From: Auanema rhodensis
Taxonomy: Eukaryota > Animalia > Nematoda
Assembly (NCBI GenBank): GCA_964057225.1
Contig: OZ059895.1
Coordinates: 19,034,001-19,098,000, forward strand
Direction of reading: 5' to 3'
DNA length: 64,000 bases
Made by a program: the position numbers and the translations under genes. Of the stretch, positions 53,501 through 64,000 are shown one piece after another. The number at the start of each line of letters is the position of its first letter. Position 1 is the stretch's first letter. Below the pieces are notes generated by a model, which had not been told where the DNA came from, did no database searches, and saw nothing but the letters and a program-made list of their open reading frames with translations.

Positions 53501-55863
53501 GACAGAGCAATTATAAAACTTTAAGGAAACAATCACTAACGATAAGAACGACCATGTTTCTTGGAACAAATATGAAATCGCATTCAAATAAGGATGAACA
53601 AGTTGTGTAGTAATATTCATCTAAAATCATTTAAACAGTATTCATAAGTTCAGATAAAAAATCTTTTCAGCTTACTAAGTCCTTTTTACATTCCGTTACA
53701 TTTGCTTCACATCTTTCGAGTAATATATTTAATAGGTTTATTTCAGATCCAGGTGTATTAAGTAAAGAGTACTAAAATTATACTTATACTCACTGCAAAA
53801 ATGTAAGATAAACCTGAAGCCTATAACCAGAAGATAATGTGTCCTGAGTCCTAACTGAAGTAATCAAGTCCAAGGTTTCATCAGTGTACTTTGAGAAATC
53901 CTAGATTTTTGAGTATTAGTAATAATAAGAGACTTACACTCACAAATTCGATATTGTCCTTAGGATATAAATTACACAATAGTTTTATAGTGATCATTTG
54001 ACATAGTTGGAAATCATTATCCAAATTAGAAAGAAGGAGTGAGAATCGTTCCATGGTCAATTCCTTTTTCAAATCCAATAATTTCAAAATTTTAGCTTCA
54101 AAAGGATATTATTAAAACAATTTCACCCCAAACGTACATTTTTCCTTTGTAATCAGATAATCCCTACAGAAGATATAGTCAATTATGGATAATCCCATTA
54201 ACCTACGCGGGAAATTTGCTTCAACAGAAAGACTTTCAAAAGCTAATCGAATTAAGAACCTAGATATAAAGCTAAACAAAAAGTTAAACATGAAATACTA
54301 CCTAATAAAATCGAGAATATTAGAAAGTTCTTCTTTGCCATCATCATTATTAGGATTATAGCTTTCACCCGCTTCACATATTCTCATTAACATCTGATAT
54401 ACAAATAAAGACTAGTGGAACGTCTTCACAAATTAATAACCTTCTTGAGACCTGTTAATATTCTCTGTTGCGATGCAGGAAGCTGCTCCGAAAGATTAGT
54501 GCTAATAAAGATTTTCATTAATTTAAAATCTTCTACTGTGAACGGTTGTGTTTTTTTTGGATGATCAGTAAGCAAAGACCACATTGCAATTCTAACCTAA
54601 ATAACAACTTCAATTAAGCAATTATATTGCAACATTACCTCAGAGTCAATGTGAATAACCGATTGAGCAGCAATATTGTAATCTATGAAGTCAGTCCACA
54701 CAGATCTTATTTTACTCTTGTTTGGTTGAAAAACGGCGAAACGTACTATTGATAAAACAGACTCAAGTTTAGATTGTTTTCTTGATTCTAAACATCAGTA
54801 TATAATTGGAATTTTAAAAGGTTAGAAAACCAGCTAATTTTAATAAAATATCTTGGAGGAACCTATCAGGAATTTGAGAGTTTTTCATTAAAATAGGAAT
54901 TACACGATCCTGTATTACATTGTATAAGTAAGGAAATATTCATAAATACTTACTTTAACTGCGGCGCTAACACTACGTGAATCAGAAACTAATGAATTAA
55001 CGATTTCGTTCAAATGAATATCATAATATTGCTTCTTTTCGCAAATATCTTGTTCAATCAATTCACTAATCTAAACAACTTGTAATGAACTTTTAAAACA
55101 GATTCTAACATGCCACAACTGAAAGTGCAGGATTTTCCAGCAAATGATAAATTTGATTAATAAAATTTTTATCTATACCAGGTATTTCATCAAAACTTTT
55201 TTGAATTAAACCCTGAAAATTTTAATAGAAAGAACCTTCCAATTCATAACGTACGATGCATTTGAATCGAGCTTTAGATTTTGAGATAGATTTCATTACT
55301 GTATCTACAATACTTGTTGAAATTGGGCATAGGTTTCTGAAAAAACAAAATATATCATTCACTTTCACTCGCTTATTAATACCGTAAGCGACATATATCA
55401 CAATAAGTGCTGTGATTACTTAATAAAAGAGAAAATATGTCAACACAGTTATAAGCAACAACGTTAGCGGAAGCATCCCAATTAAGAAGACAATATTGTA
55501 AAAGTGATTCCAACTGTTCAGATGATAGTGTTTTTTCATAATCTCTGAAGCTTTCAAATTCCTTCCATTAATATGTTACACGAGCACCTGTAGAGAATTA
55601 AAATTCGTTTGATGAGTCCAGAATTAAGAACGTCGTTTTCCACATTTTGTGACTTGCCATGCCGGGTGCAAACGGCCAAACAATAAGAAATTAAAGAATA
55701 ATTTTTTCCATCAATTTTTTCAAAATAACACTGGTCAACCTAGAACAGTTGTTGTGTTATATTGTTCTTTTAAATTATTTAAAACCTTATTAAGAAGAAA
55801 ACTCATAGAAGCAACTCCATCACTATTTATCTGCTGCCATAATTTTTCTACACTTTCGCTCAT
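50511..55863 (-). CDS. THADA: THADA / Trm732 family (DUF2428, HEAT-repeat tRNA 2'-O-methylation cofactor), many short exons
   Basis: Minus-strand motifs CWRAHKFVSSIFG, CKHCGAFE, LCSTRRSAGVPHLVTTILATEP and SWPERNAGAQLAAALRVRIFGV match DUF2428 motifs (CWR..KE.S, RHRGAF, TRRSAG.P, W..RN..L..RIFG). ATG at 55863 and stop at 50511 are inferred; not every exon was resolved. Confidence 0.88.
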
Positions 55864-56213
55864 GGTTTCACTAAATAATATATATGCAAGATCATTCTTT
55901 TTATAACTTTATAACAATCAAGAGTATTATAATTGCAATTTTATATTAATATTTTACAAATTTCAAAAACTATAACGAAAAACTACGTACTCTTTTAAAT
56001 AAGAAATAATGCTCTATAGTCAATTTTCGCGCTCGATTGCTAAACGTTCTAAGTCATTCAAGTCTAAAATTATCATCATAGTATAAAAATATATATTTCT
56101 CTTCTATTTCGTGCTTTATCTCTTGTATGTTATCATGACGCTACTTTCTATTCATTATATTCTAAATGTATTCTGCATTCTGTATGTTAAATTATGTTTC
56201 TTTAGTTATAAAG
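55864..56213. promoter_or_regulatory. Short bidirectional promoter region between THADA and rpt-1, with an E2F-like TTTTCGCGC (56024-56032)
   Basis: Head-to-head ATGs 350 bp apart; the motif is seen directly and its function is inferred. Confidence 0.5.
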
Positions 56214-58011
<1,798 letters not shown>

Positions 58012-58313
58012 AGCGGGATTTTCTATCTGTTTTCATTATGATTGATCTGCTTTTTTCTTTTGTGATTTACTGATTACTTTCTTGGTTTACTCAAAAACCG
58101 AGTTTTTTCAACTCCAATGTAATTTATTATTAAATGAATACCTTCTTCTGTTGCATATATCGATAAATTATTTTGACGTACATGTACATAAATGATAAAA
58201 AAATGTTTACCCAAGGTATGGCTTATTGTTCATTGTTTATTATGACCTGCAGCATTTCCCAACACTTTCTAACATATGAACAAAGAGTATAACATTAGTC
58301 TTCTAACCCTACT

Positions 58314-58326
58314 GGGGGGGGGGGGG
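58314..58326 (+). repeat. G13 homopolymer (G-quadruplex-capable)
   Basis: 13 consecutive G. Confidence 0.85.
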
Positions 58327-58978
58327 TACAAACTTGACCCCGGGTACTCTTCTGGTCAGGTAGGCGGGGCGAAAGTTTGGTAAAGTAGCTATGTAGTATT
58401 GCCAAGAGTATCAGTCAGACATAATTCCTTCTTATTAGTTGGTATTGTTCCTTTCTATCATTTTCTTTCGATTTATACTTTGCACTTTTTCTACAGAGCA
58501 ATACTTCTGTTAGCCTCGCATATCTACTTATTCTCTATCCCATAATTCGATACAGGGTGATGATCCGTTTGCCTTCTGTTCGCTAGTTGTTACCCTTTTG
58601 CATCCCCCTAAAGAGGCGGTCATTGGTTGGCAATTTGCCAAAGTTCCTTATGTCTCTTCATCAGTTGTGTTGTATACAGTTCTCTAATTGTTTACACTCT
58701 CTCTTTAATGTGCACTGTCTCACTTTCTCTCTCACCGAGGTCAGCGTGGTCCGGTGGCGTCCTTTTCTCTTTATATTCTAAGCTAAACATGTTTTTGCTC
58801 AAATTGTTTAATTTTCATTTTTTTAAACTTATTTGTTATTAATTCGTTATAGTTTCGTCTTAAAATTATTTTTTCGTTCTGTTTGTTTCTCATTCACCAT
58901 AACCTGTTGTCTTTCAGACCCTCAATAGAGGAAAGTCTTCAAAGTTAATTCTTCTGAGAATTGTAGTTATTACTGAAA

Positions 58979-60179
58979 ATGGTTTGTCATCTAAACTATT
59001 TCAGTTAGATAAAAATTTCATATAAACATAACTAATCGTTTTTTACAACCAATATAGTTCCATTACTAACTAATAAATATTATTAAACTTATTAATAAGT
59101 TAAAAGGAACGAGCAAAAGAGATAGACATCTATGTATTCACATATACGGAAGTCTTCTTTTTTGTTTCTTGAGAGATATAACTCATGAGATTAGCCTTCG
59201 TTTCTGTAATTATTGCTAGATACTACTTGGTTGATCTGATAATATGCCCACTCTCTCTCATCAACAATCTATTAATCCTTTAACTACTAGCAATTAAGAT
59301 TTTTTTGGAGTTGTTAAATACGGAGAGCACTACTAAATAAAGGACAAGTAGTGTTATGTTTTTGAATTTTTATTTTTAGGCTGCTGCTAGATCAAAGTCA
59401 AAGGATACAAAATCTCCTGCTCGTGCTAAAAAGGCTGCGAAATCGCCAAAGCCACCCAAGTCGCCAAAGTCTGAAAAGAAGGTAACACTGAATTTTTGAG
59501 AATGTTGTTATAATATATAATTTAGGTCGCTAAGCGCACTCCTTCTCGATCTCGCTCAACAAGCCGTGGTCGGACCGTAAAGAAACCAACTACTACTACT
59601 ACTACTACTACACCAAAGAGTGCTCAAGCTCCCAAGCCTACCCGAAGCAGGTAATTTACTATTATTGTTAGTCTTTGCCATTGTATACCTCACCTTCTAG
59701 GTCATCGTCACGTGCACGCATCGCTCCAACCCCACAGGTCAAGTCTGTGGCCCCAACTCCCGTGTCTGTTCGATCTCGGTCAAGCGAGCGGAGAAAGCCC
59801 CAAGCAACCTCAACTCCCATTAGAACACTGCGTTCGGATAGTCATTCTCCTTCTAAATCTCCTGCCAAATCTCCTGCCAAGGTACTAATAATTTATTCAT
59901 GTTTGTTTAATGTATCTATGTTTCTAGGTTAAGCTGACCAAATCTTCTGCTTGCCCTCTCTATCCTAATCTAGTTTGTGACGCTGGGAAAAAAGCTTGCA
60001 CTTTCGTCAAGGACAACTCTAAAGATTTGTTCATTAGTTTCCTCATTGTCGGACTCCTCTCTGTTCTAACTCATTTAATCTTGTTCTATGACCCAGCACA
60101 TATTCGCGATCACCTCCAGAATATCCCAGCAAAGATTCAAACTTTTGCTAAGACAGTATATTCTTCAATAAGAAAATAG
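58979..60179 (+). CDS. Uncharacterised basic RS/SPK-rich protein with a single C-terminal transmembrane helix, ~220 aa
   Basis: ATG-only first coding exon 58979-58981, then 59380-59481, 59526-59650, 59701-59881, 59928-60179 in frame. MAAARSKSKDTKSPARAKKAAKSPKPPKSPK..RSRSTSRGR..KSPAKSPAK; hydrophobic stretch LFISFLIVGLLSVLTHLILFY. Confidence 0.8.
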
Positions 60180-62472
60180 AAAGTTTCTGGTCTTACATGA
60201 CACATGTTTACAATTGTGGCTCGAAGCCAATTAAGTCTCTTTGTATTAATATTTATATTTTCAATCTAATAATGTAACTTTGAGCTCGTCTCGAAGTTTT
60301 TCAACACCTTGTAATGTTTAAAACTATTCTGACGTTTTGTACTTGTCCTGTGGACGCAAAGCTATCTTTTACCCTTTGTTGTTCTTTTTTTAAGTTTGTA
60401 GTTAGAGTTGTGTGTCTCATATACCCGTGACTTTGGTAGGATACCTACTGATATTAATGATCTTTCATATGACAACTCTAACACTCACTTTGCAGAGCAG
60501 ACTTCCAAATTGTAAAAAAATCTCAACCTCCTTATCAAGTTTATAATTGTATGAAAATGACAGCAATAAATCAGTAATAATCTTCGTTTATAAGAATAAT
60601 TCTGGATACACACCATTTTAATCTTAAAAGTAGCAAAAATAAAGATCTTGACACAACAAAGCTTACTTATATAGGTTGAGAGAGCATTTTCAAATAATCA
60701 AGATGGTAAACAATACTTAACGGTAAAAGTTCTCACGTGGAGGCGAGGTGTATTACGTGAAATGTCATTTTTCTCAATAGCATAGTGAGAATCGGTCAAC
60801 TATTGCTAGGTTTATTATTCGCTATTGCCAAAATAAATTATATGAATATAATGGGTTTGGCGGAAATTGTTTCAAACAGCAGAGTAATTGACGATAACTT
60901 AGGTGAGTTCAATTAATTTATATTTCTCATTAAAAAAATTTGGAAGCAATTGTTTTAAAAGATTCTATCAAGAACTAGATCTTTTCTGATTGAATTTTAT
61001 GAGAAACGGTCAATTTTCAACAAAGACAAGGCCATTAGTAGAAGAAACCCTCAAGATATGTCATCAGGATGATGTCTATTCGATCCGAATGATATGTCGC
61101 CATTTCAATTGTAAGTCGTTTAATTTTGGTTAGAACAATTTCGCAAAACACAAGCTGACTTGGTATATGTATAAAATAAGACAGACGGGTCTTTGCCATA
61201 TGACCATCATGGTGAGGAGGATGAAGAGGGCAATGTATATGTCGTTCAGCGGCGTAATGCCAAATATCGATTAGAATAAGAGCCAGTCTCTACAATGTTC
61301 TCTCATTCATTCATCCACACGCCTTATCCTTACCTTAACACGTGTTTAATTCGAATAATTTATTCGATATCTTTTCGAACAAAAATATAAATTTCTTTAA
61401 ATCTATTAGATTTTATTCTGTTTTTTTTCTCTGAATTGTTCTCATTTAAACGTATATCCGTTGTATGTTGCGCAATTTTCGAAGTTTTATTTTAAATTTC
61501 TTTCATCTATATTCAATGCAACACGTGTTGTATACGGAATTGTAGACAAATCAATTTTTACTCCTCACTAATTTATTTAAATTCCAGATCCGTATATATT
61601 CATATGTATTCTTTTTTTAATGTTCTCATTTGTTTATGTTTTTAACTTCGTTTCTGATAACTCTGAAAGCCATCTGGGCTATATGATTAAAAGTTTCTGA
61701 GTGTCTCTCATAGCGAAACACAATGGAAGACATTTAATATTGACATTTATCGAAACTCATCTTTTCACATTTGCTCTTCTTTTCACCCATGGTTTTTTAT
61801 TCAATTCGCCTTGAATATTTTCTTACTTTCATCATTATTGAAAGAGGTGGTACAGTGTCGGTTATTAGTGTTATAGTTTCCGCTTGATATTTTGTTGTTT
61901 TAATTTTTTTATTTCTTACATATTTTTCTATACATTTCTATTATGCCAAGTTGCAAATGTTATTTTTTCTTTTACATTTTCTCATTACAACTTTTTCATG
62001 TTACATGGAACATGTCAAATGTTTTGTGTTGAAACATTAGAACGGGCTTACATTCCCTCGTTTAAAATATCCCAACACTAAAATCAAAAGGAATATTTAA
62101 CGGAAGAGGATTTGGGCAATAATGAATGACCTCCCTAGAGACATATCTTTAGAACCTTACAACTTACGAAACTTTTGTTAAGCAGAATTGTCTATTGAAA
62201 CATCTATATCTGTTCTTAACGACTTTTTGCGAAATAACGTTTTTTATTGAAGAGATTGTTAGAACTTTTATTTCCATTTGGCTTGATTAAATTAAATTAG
62301 TTTATATTTTCTTTTTTCTTTTATTGTATTGAGATTTTTTTGTTGATTTTGCTTAATTATATTATGTCCTATTGATTTTCCCCTTAGGTATTTAAATATT
62401 TGTTAATTTCATACTTGGAATAGAGTTGAAAGTTTAAAAATTTAATCATCTTAGTTCTTAGGGAATTCCCCA

Positions 62473-64000
62473 ATGGATGGCTCGCAGCCTCCATCTGAGC
62501 TGCTTGTTCCGCCTGTTTTCGATGACATCGATGAGGTTAGGTTTCAGTTTCTATTGCTTTTTAAAGCGAGTTGTATTGTTTGATACAAATTCATGAGTTT
62601 TCTTTGTTTTTTTTAATCACAGAAGTTTTAATTGTATATCTATAATGCTTTTAGATGTCTGCCGGTTGTGCTAGCTGGCAATTGTTATCCGTGTCACTTC
62701 ATAGGGTTAGTTCTTTTTCTTTTTTATTATTTTTTTCATTTTTTCTCTTCATGTTTATCTGTCCTTTTCATGTTTTTCACCTGTTCTTATGGGAGTTCGT
62801 GCTCTTTATCTAGCTTTAACATAGTATTCACTTTTTTTTTGTTTGTTTGTATACATAATATTTCATCTCAGATATTTTCACTTTTGCACAAATTATACCA
62901 AAAAATGATTCTTAGTGTTTCTTGGTTTAGTGCTGTATCTTTTCTATTTAAAAGAGCTTTGGAAGTACTTGTTGATGCTTAGCGATGGACAGCCGCTTCT
63001 GGCACAGGGTCATCAACTCTTCCAACACTCGTTCACTTTACATTCTTAGAGGTTCCTAGGTCTCAAAAACCTCAACATATCTATCTAATAGTTTTTTTTA
63101 TATTTTATTTGCTTTTTTTACTAGGGTCTACATAACGGTTTTGTTTGTTGTTTTTCTTATAAATTTGTGCACTTTTCACTATTCAAGTTCTGAACCTCCT
63201 TTCTTGTCTTATAAGGATGGCTGAAGAAGTGTTTGAGTCGTATAACTAGCCGCTGATCAATGAAGAACCCATAGGGGAAAGAGGGATAAATGGTCGTCAA
63301 TAGGCCCAGAAATATAGCTAAGAAAGGAATAGTGGCTTCTGAGAGTAGAGATTAGCACATCTTCTTTATCTTCATCTTACACATAATTCTACTTGTTGCT
63401 TTCGTAAAGTATTCTCACAATTATTTCTAGGCATCTTCTCTTGGATTTGGAATAGCTGTTAGTGGTGGTAGAGATAACCCTAATTTCACTTCGGGAGATC
63501 CAGCTGTAGTTATTTCTGACGTTCTCTTAAACGGACCTGCCTTTGGACTATTACAGTAGGAAACTATAGTTATTAATTATATTATAGTGTTTCCTTATAG
63601 AGTTAATGATCGTATATTATCTGCAAACGGAGTCTCTTTCGAGAACATAGATTACGCTTCCGCAGTTGATATAATTAAAAAAGCTGAACAAATTAATATG
63701 GTAAACTTCTTTCTTTGAAGTAATATATTTTTGTTTTATTTGTATAGATTGTTAAAAGAAAAATCCCGGTTCCTGTTATGGAGTTTGAACAGAGAACCTT
63801 GAAATTTACCCTTTCAAAATCAAGAAAGAAGGAAGATTTTGGCATAGTAGTTGGATGCAAATTCTATATTAAAGAGATTAGGAATCCTAAATTAGCTGAT
63901 AAAGTTGATTTTCACAGTTAGCATTTTTGTTAAATATTATTTAAAGGATCCTGGATTGAGAGAAGGAGATTCAGTTCTCAGAATTAATGGCCAAAGTTTA
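62473..64000 (+). CDS. zoo-1: Zonula occludens (ZO-1) MAGUK orthologue, 5' part (PDZ1 and start of PDZ2); runs off the window
   Basis: Exons 62473-62535, 62655-62705, 63431-63555, 63601-63700, 63748-63903, 63947-end give [43 protein letters not shown] (ZO-1 PDZ1) and [21 protein letters not shown] (PDZ2). Confidence 0.92.

Noticed and set aside
58302-58346. TAACCCT..G13..TACAAACTTGACCCC as a MITE/piggyBac-like terminus
   Set aside because: No matching inverted terminus or target duplication seen nearby.
60842-61279. Small spliced gene between the RS/SPK protein and zoo-1 (good donors at 60903 and 61111)
   Set aside because: Only a ~68-aa model with no recognisable similarity could be built, and the upstream exon does not join in frame. 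It may be UTR or non-coding exons; RNA-seq is needed.

Overview
Eukaryotic DNA from an AT-rich nematode, most likely a rhabditid. Evidence: ~40-60 nt GT-AG introns, TTTCAG-type acceptors and close matches to C. elegans-type proteins; the species cannot be identified from sequence alone. The window has two parts. (1) 1-~20.9 kb is accessory DNA. It holds a ~16.9 kb array of a 199-bp satellite (~85 copies, with a 13-mer higher-order duplication) that cuts off a Maverick/Polinton-type integrase remnant. Next comes an intact 6-exon intracellular trypsin-fold serine protease gene resembling the wosp cargo genes of nematode Mavericks. After that lie a TAGGC-N15-GCCTA telomere-like inverted motif (candidate programmed-DNA-elimination break site) and a TATA/Inr-driven spliced transcript running into a pyrimidine-rich ~16-19-nt minisatellite; a related copy of that minisatellite sits at the other end of the satellite. 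(2) ~20.9-64 kb is ordinary chromosome: a CCDC102-like gene (-), a Tc1-like relic, a ~24 kb gene desert upstream of the SoxC gene sem-2 (+), THADA (-) head-to-head with rpt-1 (+), a basic RS/SPK-rich protein with a C-terminal membrane anchor (+), and the 5' part of zoo-1 (+). Gene models were spliced by hand and no searches were run. The best candidate for a new system is the 17-21 kb junction: Maverick remnant, cargo protease, possible elimination motif and repeat-containing transcript.
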